From NCBI GenBank assembly GCA_031376425.1, contig JANMDR010000280.1, positions 1,926 through 65,925 on the forward strand: 64,000 nucleotides of DNA. The letters are read 5' to 3'. Below are positions 1 to 9,541 of this stretch, one piece after another. Positions within the stretch are counted from its first letter, which is position 1. Every line of letters starts with the position of its first letter. A program made the position numbers and the translations under genes. The DNA comes from Betaproteobacteria bacterium. GTDB lineage: Bacteria > Pseudomonadota > Gammaproteobacteria > Burkholderiales > Usitatibacteraceae. The notes beneath the pieces are model-generated. The model worked only from the letters and a program-made list of their open reading frames with translations, ran no database searches and was not told the origin of the DNA.

Positions 1-71
1 GAAGCAATTCACGTGGCAAAACTCCAAGCCATGCGTACTTACATTAAGCATCACACTTAAAGGAAATCAAT

Positions 72-1046
72 ATGACTTACGCTATGCGCATTCATCAACA
101 CGGTGATCCGGAAGTAATGCAGTGGGAGCAAGTGCAAATAGGCGAGCCCGCCGCTGGTGAAGTGCGACTCAAGGCCACCGCCATCGGCTTAAATTTTATC
201 GATACCTATCATCGTAATGGCACCTATAAATTGCCGTTACCATCAGTGATTGGTCGCGAAGGGGCGGGCATTGTCGAAGCAATAGGAGCGGGCGTTACGG
301 AGGTGGCAGTAGGGGATCGCGTAGCATACGCATCTAACCCCGTGGGTTCCTATGCGCAGGCGCGAGTATTGCCGGTGGCTAGGCTGGTAAAGATTCCCAA
401 TGGCGTTACGGATATTCAAGCCGCCTCAATGATGTTAAAAGGCATGACCGCACAATATTTATTGCGACGCACTTATGCAGTGAAGCCCGGCGATATTATT
501 TTGAATCACGCCGCAGCTGGTGGCGTTGGGCAAATTTTAGGACAGTGGGCAAAATATTTGGGCGCAACGGTAATTGGCACGGTAGGGTCTGCCGCTAAAG
601 CAGAAATTGCTAAAGCTAACGGCTGTGATTACGTTATTAACTATGCGGAAGAAGATTTTGCCGCACGCGTGCTAGAAATTACGAACGGTAAAAAATGCGC
701 CGTGGTATACGACGGTGTGGGTAAAGATACCTTTCAAAAATCGCTAGATTGTTTGGCGCCACGTGGTCTGTTAGCCATATACGGCGCGGCTTCTGGGCCG
801 GTGCCACCGTTTAACTTAGGCGAGCTTGCCGCCAAGGGCTCGTTATACATCACGCGACCGACACTCGACACCTATACCGCCACGCGCGAAGAACTGCTTA
901 CAACAGCAAATGAGCTATTTGATGTTGTCGCACGCGGTATTGTGAAGATAACGGTAAATCAAACTTATGCACTTAAAGATGCCGTACAAGCCCATGTTGA
1001 TTTGGAAGCGCGAAAAACAACGGGTTCGACTGTGCTAATTCCTTGA
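72..1046 (+). CDS. qor: NADPH:quinone oxidoreductase (zeta-crystallin-type medium-chain dehydrogenase/reductase)
   Basis: 324-aa ORF. Has GroES-like N-domain motif GREGAGIVEAIG and Rossmann motif AAAGGVG. Length is typical of Qor. Confidence 0.85.
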   Translation: MTYAMRIHQHGDPEVMQWEQVQIGEPAAGEVRLKATAIGLNFIDTYHRNGTYKLPLPSVIGREGAGIVEAIGAGVTEVAVGDRVAYASNPVGSYAQARVLPVARLVKIPNGVTDIQAASMMLKGMTAQYLLRRTYAVKPGDIILNHAAAGGVGQILGQWAKYLGATVIGTVGSAAKAEIAKANGCDYVINYAEEDFAARVLEITNGKKCAVVYDGVGKDTFQKSLDCLAPRGLLAIYGAASGPVPPFNLGELAAKGSLYITRPTLDTYTATREELLTTANELFDVVARGIVKITVNQTYALKDAVQAHVDLEARKTTGSTVLIP

Positions 1047-1092
1047 AGTGCAGAGATGGCCGGTAAATTTCCTAAATTCAGGAATTTTCCGG

Positions 1093-2262
1093 CTATCGGG
1101 CGCGCAATTTTCGGGTGATCAGTAAAGCTAATGCCCCTGCCACTACACCCCAAAATGCACTGCCAATACCGCCTAAAGTAACACCGCTTAAAGTAACTAA
1201 AAATGCAATTAGTGCGGCTTTACGCGAGCTATCCTCTTTGAGTGCCACATGCAAGCTTTGACCAATCGTGCCTAACAAGGCAACACCAGCAATACCAATA
1301 ACCATGGCCTTTGGAAACGCGGCAATAAGCCCGGCCACTGCCGCACCAAATATGCCGAGTATCAGATAAATTAGGCCGCATGAGACTGACGCCATATAGC
1401 GTTTATTTTTATCTGCGTGTGCGCCATCGCCCATGCAAATGGCAGCAGTGATGGCGGCAAGATTAAGGGCAAAAGCCCCGAATGGCGCTAGTAGAAAATT
1501 AACAATACCGGAGAAGGTGATCAGGCGTGAAATCGGCATTTCATATCCCGCTGTACGAATTGCCGCAACCCCCGGTAAATTTTGCGAAGCCATCGTCACT
1601 ACAAATAAGGGCAACGCTAAACTTAAAAAAGCGCCGATACTAAACGCAGGGTTTGTCCACTCTGGTTGCACCCATGCTGTATTTACACCATGCAAATCCA
1701 TTCGACCGGTAAATATACACACGCTCATGCCGAACAGCAAAGCCCACGGTACAGCGTAGCGCGGGGTAAATTGTTTGCTGATTAAATAAGTTGCGAGCAT
1801 ACCAATTACCAAGGTAGGTTCCGTCGTGGCACCGGCAAAGGCGTTAAGTGCAAATCGCCCTAAAACCCCTGCGAGCAATGCCGCAGCGATGGCTGCAGGA
1901 ATGCGATCCATTAAGCGCGTAAACAGCCCCGTAGCGCCAGCTAGGGTGATTAGTACCGCACTCACTAAAAAAGCACCCACGGCATCAGCCATCGTAAAGC
2001 CGCCTGCAGAAACCGCCAACACCGCCGCACCCGGCGTGCTCCATGCCATCATTACTGGTTTACGCAGCAGCAAACTCGGCACTACACAACATACCCCCAT
2101 GCCAATGCCCAGCGCCCACATCCATGAAGATATCTGCGCGGGTGTAGCGTTAAATGCGTGTGCTGCCTGAAACACAATAGCAACGGAACTGGTATAGCCC
2201 ACGAGCGCTGCAATGAACCCAGCAGTTGCGGCACTGATGGAAAAGTCTTTGAAGATTTGCAT
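1093..2262 (-). CDS. benE: benzoate membrane transport protein, BenE family
   Basis: 389-aa highly hydrophobic multi-TM ORF whose composition and length resemble BenE-family permeases. Antisense ORFs on the + strand are mirror artefacts. Confidence 0.7.
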   Translation of the reverse strand: MQIFKDFSISAATAGFIAALVGYTSSVAIVFQAAHAFNATPAQISSWMWALGIGMGVCCVVPSLLLRKPVMMAWSTPGAAVLAVSAGGFTMADAVGAFLVSAVLITLAGATGLFTRLMDRIPAAIAAALLAGVLGRFALNAFAGATTEPTLVIGMLATYLISKQFTPRYAVPWALLFGMSVCIFTGRMDLHGVNTAWVQPEWTNPAFSIGAFLSLALPLFVVTMASQNLPGVAAIRTAGYEMPISRLITFSGIVNFLLAPFGAFALNLAAITAAICMGDGAHADKNKRYMASVSCGLIYLILGIFGAAVAGLIAAFPKAMVIGIAGVALLGTIGQSLHVALKEDSSRKAALIAFLVTLSGVTLGGIGSAFWGVVAGALALLITRKLRAR

Positions 2263-2577
2263 AATTGATGATGTGATTGATGGGTTGAAGACACCCTAAA
2301 AAGCGTATCTGCAGGCAATATAGGTTTGAAATTGAAGTGTGGCGTATTTCAAGTGATCATATTGTAGTCTCGCACAAAATAACCTTTCGCCCAATTTTTC
2401 TCCGCCGCTTCTGTAGGCGCGCGCTGTGTGTGCTGTCGTGGCTAATCTTCGGCGCGAGATGGGTGCTGTGATCTTGACCGAACGCTGGCACCATCAGTAT
2501 TTTGACGTGTGGACGCGCGCAATGCGCCCTTACAGACTCGCGGATTTCTTAGTAGGTACTCCTGTTCTCGCGAATGT

Positions 2578-2626
2578 AAAAATGCCTTGGGGGCACCCTA
2601 AAAACAGGCATCTCCAAGGCATCATT
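2578..2626. repeat. REP-like palindromic hairpin, copy a (ATGCCTTGG...CCAAGGCAT); acts as an intrinsic terminator for the minus-strand gene ending at 2650
   Basis: 9-bp perfect stem 2582-2590/2614-2622. Flanked by an A-run on the + strand, which is a T-run on the - strand. Shares outer arms and flanks with copies at 6290 and 14016. Confidence 0.6.
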
Positions 2627-2649
2627 TACACCAATTGCATCTAAATCAA

Positions 2650-5600
2650 TTACGGAAACACATAGCCATCCACGCCCAGCGCATTCCCTAGTTGCCCTTC
2701 CGGTGTCCAGCCATTTTGGCTCAGGAAAGTAAACTCATTACTATCAATTGTCCAAAGATGGCTTCTAATGGCTGCGTTATACAAACGATACAACGGCACC
2801 GCACCCGGCACCCCATAGCGTGGGAAGATATAACCCGTGACGCCTTCATCAGCCGCAAATGCGCTATCGCTGCGAAGGCTGTTGTATTCATTAAAGTCAG
2901 ACGTATAAAAGTGACGTTGCTGTGGGCGGAAGTACAAACGATAATAAGGAATCGCTGTTTGTGCTGCACGACCTACTGGCGCTCTGTATAAATAATGACT
3001 AATACCCTCACCGCTGTAGGTGGCACTAAAACCTGTGAGCACATTGTATTCATTGGTATCGGTCGTATACAAATGGCGCTTTAAGCTCGGCACATAAATA
3101 CGGTAACGCGGCAATAAATCAGGGTCTAAGGTAATCACCGTAAACGGACTTGACGTATTGTTCACCCTAAAGTTTGCGGTGCGGGTATCACCGGCGTTAG
3201 TGCCCGCAGTCACTCGTAAACATACCTTTTGTACCGGATCGGTGATGGTAATGGTCGTTAATCCGCTAATGAACGGATTAGCCGCACTACAGCCAATATT
3301 ATATTCACCCCCATCAATACCTAAGGTCACCGAGCCAGTAAAACCGGTTAAGAATCGTTCATCCGACAATACTGCTGTACCTGCAGCCACCCGCGAGCGG
3401 GTCGGGAAGGTTAAAGCAAAGCCGGGGTTATCAATAAACCGTACCGCCCGCAACAAACCCAGTTCCGCCGTGTACAAACTACCCAGCGCATCAAAGTAGA
3501 GGCCGTAGGGATTGAATGTACTGTTGGCAACACCGCTCACACTGAAGGTACTGATTAAGCCAGTAAGCAAATTCAAGCGACGAATACGGTTATTACCCGC
3601 ATCAGAGATATAAAGTTGTCCCCAGAAATCAAAGGCAATAGAACGGATGTCACGGAATACGGCGTTAATAGCAAGACCACCATCACCCCCAAAACCAAGC
3701 ACACCAGTTCCGGCTACCGGCAACACGATACCAGCGCGGTTGATGCAGCGGATACGATTATTACCACGGTCAACGATGAATAAATTACCTTGGAAGTCGA
3801 AGGTGATGTAATAAATGTCGCTAAACACCGCAGCCAGCGCCGCACCATTATCGCCGCCGTAACCCGCTACACCGGTACCGGCGAAGAAGCTCAACACACC
3901 AGTCACCACATTCAAGCGTCGAATACGGTTAGAACCATCGGCGATGTACAACAAACCATCAGGGCCAAACGCTAAGCTGCGCGGCGCTGTTAGCTGCGCA
4001 GTAGTACCTTGAATGTTATCGGCCAGTGATGAACCACCACCGGCGATGGTGGTAACAATGCTAGATACCAAATTGATACGCCGGACCCGGTTATTACCGG
4101 TATCGGCAATGTATAAATTACCATCAGAAGCAAACACCAAACCGGTGGGGTTGTTGAATGTCGCCAATGTCGCCAGCCCACCATCACCCCCAAAGCCGTT
4201 AATACCTAAAGTGGTCGAACCAATACCACCCACCGTAAACAACAAGCCAGTGCGTGCTGAGATGCAGTAAATGAGACCATCAGCGTTGGTAAAGAAGATA
4301 TTGCCATCGCGGTCGGTAGTCACGTTGGCGGTGTTGAAGGGGCGACCAATGGGGGATACACCATTGACTACGCCGCCGCCAATTACACCCACTGTGCCAG
4401 TTACTCCCGCTAGATTGCTGATGCTTTGCGGGGTGGCGGGGGGGAAGCTTGCGGGGGGAGGGGGGGTTCCGGTTATGACATTCAGTTCAAACTGAGTGAC
4501 TGCGTTGGGACCAGCTGAAACTGCAGCGCCAGTCACCGGACGTACGCGCACGACATAGATGCCTACTGTGTTACCCGCGATGCAGGAAAACGTTGAGCGT
4601 CCTTCATTATCGGTGACGGTTGGCGTTGTACAAATAATTTCATTGCCATTGAGCGGGACAGCGGAGGTCGCTGAAAGAATTTCTAGACGCAATGCGATAC
4701 CGCTTGCAGGCACATTTGCTGATTGGCCTTGACCAGCCCGCACAGTAAAGACTGAACCTAGCCCACCTTCCGTGGTGAATGGAAAATTACGGACTGCTCG
4801 GTAGGAAGCTTGCGTATTAACACCTTGCAGCGACGTCACTAGCACTGGCGGCAATGTTAAATTATTGCGTAGTAGTGATGTTGGAGTGCCTCGCGGAATC
4901 AATAATTCGCCATTCTCCAAGGCTGTGACAGAATTGGGTGTTGCGGTCGCAAAAATCACATTTCTAGATGGGTCAGGAATAAGCACCAATCCGCCGTTTG
5001 TCCATGTACCGGTGCTGATTCGGTAATAAAGTACAGCACCTGATGCAAGCTCAATAAATGCAACGACATCGGGTGTGATAAGGGTGGCCGCTGTGGTTAC
5101 ATTCGCAAAAATCTGCGTATTTGGAGAGGAGGCTACAGCCGTCCACGTGTTGTTGACTGGATTAAAAATACTCGCAGCCGTGTTTCCTGAAATTCCAGAC
5201 GCGCCTGGCGTTTGCACGGTGCGCTCTCCGAATGCCGCGAGCACACGGCCATCGGGGAGCTTGACTAACATCGGTTCCTTGACAAAGCCACTTTGAGGTT
5301 GTGCCGGAAAAGCTGGTGGCAACGACATAGATGTATTTGTGGCAATGTCGTAGAGCGAAGCGGGTGTGGCTTGCCCGTCGAATGGGTAGGAACTATTAAA
5401 AATATTGCCCACCACCAGCAACTTTCCTGCTGCTACTGTAACCAAGCTGTTACCGGCTTGGAAATTGATGTTGTTGCCAAGCTGAGACCAAGTGTTGCTC
5501 GTTGGGTTATAGACTTCAAAGGCATAATTTGGCGTACCGCTACCGCTAGAGCCGCCAAAAAATAACGCGCGCCCGTCGTTTAACAGCAACGCCCGACAGT

Positions 5601-6090
5601 TTATACAGAGGCCACCCGGCGGTTTGGCCGTTAACGTAAATGAATTGCTTATTGGGTTATAAAGTTCAGCTGTCGTTTCTAGAACACCACTAAAAGCGCC
5701 ACCCGTGCCAGCGGCACCACCAAAAACGATGACCCTGCCATCAGCCAAGCGCAGAGAGACGTGATTAGAGCGCCGCGCATTCATCACAGGCCCGGCGGAC
5801 CAGCTATTGGTTAGTGGGTTGTAAATAACGGATGTGTTTAGCCCGCCAGATTGCAAAGCATCAGGTGACCTACCCCCAGTCAGCAGCACCGAACCGTTGG
5901 CCAGCAGGGTTGCGGCCTGCTCTATCCGCGAATTTGGCATAGGTGAGAGCGCGCCTAAGTCGGCATGCGCAGCGCTATGCCAAAAACTGGCGATGAGGAG
6001 GAGTAGACCTATCCACAGCCCAACGCAATTCGTCTTTGAATAAGCCTTCTGGTTATTTGTTTGCTGCACTACACATGTTTCAGGTCGCAT
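2650..6090 (-). CDS. large secreted multi-repeat protein: N-terminal signal peptide, Kelch-like repeats, Ig-like domain, Pro-rich linker, at least 4 NHL repeats, second beta-sandwich region, 3 C-terminal DUF5648-like repeats
   Basis: 1146-aa ORF. Hydrophobic leader LWIGLLLLIASFWHSAAHA. Kelch-like units (e.g. YNPLTNSWS, YNPISNSFT, YNPTSNTWS). NHL units (LYIADTGNNRVRRINL, LYIADGSNRIRRLNV, LFIVDRGNNRIRCIN, LYISDAGNNRIRRLNL). Three repeats of the RxY..(R/K)xHxYT.D.NE type at the C-terminus. Confidence 0.7.
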   Translation of the reverse strand: MRPETCVVQQTNNQKAYSKTNCVGLWIGLLLLIASFWHSAAHADLGALSPMPNSRIEQAATLLANGSVLLTGGRSPDALQSGGLNTSVIYNPLTNSWSAGPVMNARRSNHVSLRLADGRVIVFGGAAGTGGAFSGVLETTAELYNPISNSFTLTAKPPGGLCINCRALLLNDGRALFFGGSSGSGTPNYAFEVYNPTSNTWSQLGNNINFQAGNSLVTVAAGKLLVVGNIFNSSYPFDGQATPASLYDIATNTSMSLPPAFPAQPQSGFVKEPMLVKLPDGRVLAAFGERTVQTPGASGISGNTAASIFNPVNNTWTAVASSPNTQIFANVTTAATLITPDVVAFIELASGAVLYYRISTGTWTNGGLVLIPDPSRNVIFATATPNSVTALENGELLIPRGTPTSLLRNNLTLPPVLVTSLQGVNTQASYRAVRNFPFTTEGGLGSVFTVRAGQGQSANVPASGIALRLEILSATSAVPLNGNEIICTTPTVTDNEGRSTFSCIAGNTVGIYVVRVRPVTGAAVSAGPNAVTQFELNVITGTPPPPASFPPATPQSISNLAGVTGTVGVIGGGVVNGVSPIGRPFNTANVTTDRDGNIFFTNADGLIYCISARTGLLFTVGGIGSTTLGINGFGGDGGLATLATFNNPTGLVFASDGNLYIADTGNNRVRRINLVSSIVTTIAGGGSSLADNIQGTTAQLTAPRSLAFGPDGLLYIADGSNRIRRLNVVTGVLSFFAGTGVAGYGGDNGAALAAVFSDIYYITFDFQGNLFIVDRGNNRIRCINRAGIVLPVAGTGVLGFGGDGGLAINAVFRDIRSIAFDFWGQLYISDAGNNRIRRLNLLTGLISTFSVSGVANSTFNPYGLYFDALGSLYTAELGLLRAVRFIDNPGFALTFPTRSRVAAGTAVLSDERFLTGFTGSVTLGIDGGEYNIGCSAANPFISGLTTITITDPVQKVCLRVTAGTNAGDTRTANFRVNNTSSPFTVITLDPDLLPRYRIYVPSLKRHLYTTDTNEYNVLTGFSATYSGEGISHYLYRAPVGRAAQTAIPYYRLYFRPQQRHFYTSDFNEYNSLRSDSAFAADEGVTGYIFPRYGVPGAVPLYRLYNAAIRSHLWTIDSNEFTFLSQNGWTPEGQLGNALGVDGYVFP

Positions 6091-6289
6091 AAATGTCCTT
6101 GGAAAGTACGATTGAGCACTAAGAGAATTACCTACATCCTATAGGGCGGAAAATCTACGCGGAATAGCTCATTTTTCTGCCGAATAATGAAAATATTTTT
6201 TCAATCGAATTTTAAGTGAAATTACGCCATTTTAAAAGCTGGGGTTGTAAACCGCTCAAACCACCTTATTTGGTTCTTGTTTTGTAAGT

Positions 6290-6338
6290 AAAAATACCTT
6301 GGAGGTATGCGAAAATGGGGTACTTCCAAGGTGTATTT
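6290..6338. repeat. REP-like palindromic hairpin, copy b (ACCTTGGAGGTA...TACTTCCAAGGT)
   Basis: 11 of 12 bp stem 6296-6307/6321-6332. Same AAAAT(A/G)CCTTGGAGG...TCCAAGG(T/C) architecture as copies a and c. Confidence 0.55.
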
Positions 6339-6360
6339 ACACACTTAGCAGTCAAAAACT

Positions 6361-6396
6361 AAAACGCCCAACCAGTTTTCACTAGTTGGGCGTTTT
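6361..6396. terminator. bidirectional rho-independent terminator downstream of pntB
   Basis: 12-bp perfect stem AAAACGCCCAAC / GTTGGGCGTTTT with a 12-nt loop. A/T runs are part of both arms. Confidence 0.8.
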
Positions 6397-6417
6397 ATCT
6401 TCAAACAAAAAACCAAA

Positions 6418-7866
6418 TTACAGTGCTTTTAATTCCGTAATAATCTTCGCCACTGCTTCTTGGCCGCCGCCGTAGTACATGCGGCAGTTGTCTTTGTAGA
6501 ATAAGGCGTTTTCAATACCGGAGAAACCGGAGCCTTTGCCGCGTTTGTTGACGATGACGTTTTTGGCATAGTCAACGTTCAAAATCGGCATGCCGTAAAT
6601 CGGGCTATTTTTGTCGGTTCGGGCAACAGGGTTTACCACGTCGTTTGCGCCGATAACAAACACCACATCCGCCTGCGGAAACTCGGGGTTGATGTCTTCA
6701 ATATCAACGATTAAATCGTAGCTCACACCGGCTTCAGCTAGCAGCACATTCATGTGACCGGGCATGCGTCCGGCTACGGGGTGAATCGCAAATTTTACTT
6801 CAACACCTTTTTCCTGCAGCATTTTGGAGAGTTCCCAAATTTTATGCTGCGCCTGTGCTACCGCCATGCCGTAGCCCGGCACGATCACCACTTTTGACGC
6901 GTACGCCATTAAAGCCGCAACGTCGTTGGCTTCGATTGGTTTTTGTGTGCCTTCTACTGCGGCGCTTGCCGCCTGATTACCAACAGGGGGGGTGATGAGT
7001 TTAGAGATAGGCCGGTTCATCGCTTTAGCCATCAATTGCGTGAGCAGCGTGCCCGCTGCACCCACCACAATACCGGCAATAATCATCGCGGCGTTGTTGA
7101 GCACAAAGCCTTCCAAGCCTACCGCCAAGCCGGTAAAGGCGTTGTACAGCGAGATGATTACCGGCATATCGGCACCGCCAATTGGCAAGGTCATCAACAC
7201 GCCGAATAACAGCGCAGTGACAAAAAACGCAATCACAATTTCGGTGGATGGGAAGGGCTGCACCACAATCATAATGCCTAAAATGATCGAGGCAGCAAAG
7301 GTGCCAAAGCTCACCGCGTGGTGCGCTGGAAGTGCGTAGGTTTTGTTCATCAGGCCCTGTAGTTTGGCAAACGCAATAGCGCTGCCAGAGAACGAGATAG
7401 CACCAATCAACGCGCCCACTACTGCCAAAGTTTTAAATACCATGCCGTGATGGGCTGCACCTGCTGGTACGGTATCCGCACTCAAGCCGGATAGTGCAAA
7501 CAATTCCACCGCAGCAATCGCCGCGGCTGCGCCGCCGCCCATGCCGTTGTAAATAGCGATCATTTGCGGCATATCAGTCATTGCCACTTTTTTGCCAGTG
7601 CTCCAAGCAATACCACCGCCTAAGGCGATCGCTGCAATCATCAACCCGTAGGTAAGTGGTAAATTAGCAGCTTTTAAAATTTCTGGATGCACAAAAGTAG
7701 CAAGGGTTGCCACCAACATGCCCCAACCCGCCATAACGATACCGCCTTGGGCAGTAACCGGCGAGCTCATTTTCTTTAAGCCCAGAATGAACATTACCGC
7801 CGCTAAAAAATAGCTGCAGTTAACGAGATTCATCAACAGCGCGTGATTGGATAAAAGACTATTCAT
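6418..7866 (-). CDS. pntB: NAD(P) transhydrogenase subunit beta
   Basis: About 482-aa ORF with a multi-TM N-half and a soluble NADP(H)-binding C-half (GYGMAVAQAQ, AIHPVAGRMPGHMNVLLAEA). ATG 7866 lies just after an in-frame GTG at 7869. Confidence 0.92.
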   Translation of the reverse strand: MNSLLSNHALLMNLVNCSYFLAAVMFILGLKKMSSPVTAQGGIVMAGWGMLVATLATFVHPEILKAANLPLTYGLMIAAIALGGGIAWSTGKKVAMTDMPQMIAIYNGMGGGAAAAIAAVELFALSGLSADTVPAGAAHHGMVFKTLAVVGALIGAISFSGSAIAFAKLQGLMNKTYALPAHHAVSFGTFAASIILGIMIVVQPFPSTEIVIAFFVTALLFGVLMTLPIGGADMPVIISLYNAFTGLAVGLEGFVLNNAAMIIAGIVVGAAGTLLTQLMAKAMNRPISKLITPPVGNQAASAAVEGTQKPIEANDVAALMAYASKVVIVPGYGMAVAQAQHKIWELSKMLQEKGVEVKFAIHPVAGRMPGHMNVLLAEAGVSYDLIVDIEDINPEFPQADVVFVIGANDVVNPVARTDKNSPIYGMPILNVDYAKNVIVNKRGKGSGFSGIENALFYKDNCRMYYGGGQEAVAKIITELKAL

Positions 7867-7868
7867 CA

Positions 7869-8162
7869 CTATTCCCCCGCCTTTTTGCTGGACTTAAACA
7901 TGCCCAACATGCGTTCAGTAACCACATAGCCACCCACTGCATTCATGGCGGCAAGTGCTACAGCAAAAAAGCCAATAGCTTGTTCGCCTGGGTTGCCAGC
8001 TTTGCCCAGCGCTACCATGGCACCCACCAGCACGATACCGTGCACAAAATTAGAGCCAGACATTAATGGTGTGTGCAAAATAACTGGCACGCGTGAGATG
8101 ACTTCATAGCCGCAAAAAGCGGCCAGCATAAAAATATAGAGCGGATTAAAATCAATCATGGT
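7869..8162 (-). CDS. pntAB: NAD(P) transhydrogenase subunit alpha part 2 (membrane part)
   Basis: About 97-aa hydrophobic ORF from MIDFNPLYIF (ATG at 8162), lying between pntAA and pntB. The ORF-track start at 8216 is an upstream extension overlapping pntAA. Confidence 0.85.
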   Translation of the reverse strand, partial: TMIDFNPLYIFMLAAFCGYEVISRVPVILHTPLMSGSNFVHGIVLVGAMVALGKAGNPGEQAIGFFAVALAAMNAVGGYVVTERMLGMFKSSKKAGE

Positions 8163-8184
8163 TTCTCCCTTTATGGTTTTAAAA

Positions 8185-9309
8185 TTACAGACCGAGTGTT
8201 TTCTTGGATGGCTCATGCATCATTGCACCGTCTTTGGTGTAGACCATACCCTTAAGAATTTCATCTTCCCAATCCAGTGTGAGTGCGCCGTCTTTAACGA
8301 TCAGTTGTAAAAAATTAAAGAGGTTTTTGGAATACATTTCTGAAGCATGAATAGGCATTGCCGCAGGTACATTTACCGGTCCATAAATACGCACACCATC
8401 AATATCCACGGTTTTTCCAGCTTCGGTAAAGGCGCAATTGCCGCCGGACTCTGCGGCTAAATCAACCACCACGCTACCGGGCTTCATGCCGCGAATCATC
8501 GCCTCACTAATGATTTTTGGTGCCGCCCGTCCTGGAATCGCCGCCGTCGTAATCAAGGCATCACAAGCGGCAACGTGCTTGGCAAGCACTGCTTGTTGCT
8601 GGGCTTTTTCTTCTTCGGTGAGTTCGCGCGCATAACCGCCTGAGCCTTCGGCCCCAGAAACGGCACTAATAAATTTTGCACCAAGCGATTCTATTTGTTC
8701 CTTCGTTGCTGAACGCACATCATAGGCCTCAACAATCGCGCCTAGGCGTCTTGCCGTTGCAATCGCCTGCAAACCGGCCACGCCTGCGCCAATAACAACT
8801 ACCCGCGCGGGTCTAATCGTGCCTGCGGCTGTGGTCAGCATGGGGAAAAACTTTGGGCACATTTGCGCGGCCATCAGCACAATTTGGTAGCCAGCCACTG
8901 CGGCTTGAGATGACAAGGAATCCATTGCCTGTCCACGCGTGGTGCGCGGTACCAGTTCCATTGCAAAGCTGGTAATTTTCTTGGCTAATAGCTTTTGTAC
9001 TTTGGCGAGGTCTTTGCCGGGCGATAAATATGAAAGCAATATTGATCCATCGGGCATGGCATCAATTTCCGCCTCTGAAGGCGGCTGTACCCGTAAGATA
9101 ATTTGTGCGCCGCTGTAGGTTTGTGCGGCACCGCTGGCAAACTTTACGTCGCTGTATTGGCTATTTGGATAGAAAGCCGAGAGCCCCGCGTTGGCTTCCA
9201 ACACTAAATCTGCTCCCAGTGGTTTAAGTTTTTTGGCAACTTCAGGAATAAGCGCAACGCGGGTTTCGCCGATTACGCTTTCTTTGCACACTGCAATGGT
9301 CACTGCCAT
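8185..9309 (-). CDS. pntAA: NAD(P) transhydrogenase subunit alpha part 1 (alanine-dehydrogenase/PNT fold)
   Basis: 374-aa ORF with Rossmann motif VVVIGAGVAGLQAIATARRLGA. Split-alpha organisation pntAA-pntAB-pntB. Confidence 0.92.
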   Translation of the reverse strand: MAVTIAVCKESVIGETRVALIPEVAKKLKPLGADLVLEANAGLSAFYPNSQYSDVKFASGAAQTYSGAQIILRVQPPSEAEIDAMPDGSILLSYLSPGKDLAKVQKLLAKKITSFAMELVPRTTRGQAMDSLSSQAAVAGYQIVLMAAQMCPKFFPMLTTAAGTIRPARVVVIGAGVAGLQAIATARRLGAIVEAYDVRSATKEQIESLGAKFISAVSGAEGSGGYARELTEEEKAQQQAVLAKHVAACDALITTAAIPGRAAPKIISEAMIRGMKPGSVVVDLAAESGGNCAFTEAGKTVDIDGVRIYGPVNVPAAMPIHASEMYSKNLFNFLQLIVKDGALTLDWEDEILKGMVYTKDGAMMHEPSKKTLGL

Positions 9310-9541
9310 GGAGCCTCCAATAATGACTAATTTTTAGGGTCTAGCGGTAGTTTTGCTCGGTTTAAAGTTGTGCTTCGAGCGTTCTGGCTAGCTGATTTTT
9401 TATACAGCTCATTTATAAAAATGTGATTCAAGTTACAGTGTAACGCAAGCAATGGATGACGAGTAGATTGCTGCGGTAAGCATCTTGAATGCGCGTTACA
9501 ATCTGATGTAAAAATGAAACAACTAACAGCGTTAATAGCAC

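Noticed and set aside
1433-2318. ORFs of 108, 114 and 78 aa overlapping benE on either strand
   Set aside because: They lie entirely inside a convincing polytopic membrane-protein gene. Their Ala/Pro/Arg-rich translations are typical of the wrong frame of a hydrophobic GC-biased gene.
2426-2644. 72-aa ORF between benE and the large repeat-protein gene
   Set aside because: It has a GTG start without an SD, runs straight through the terminator/REP-like hairpin at 2578-2626, and its composition is not protein-like.
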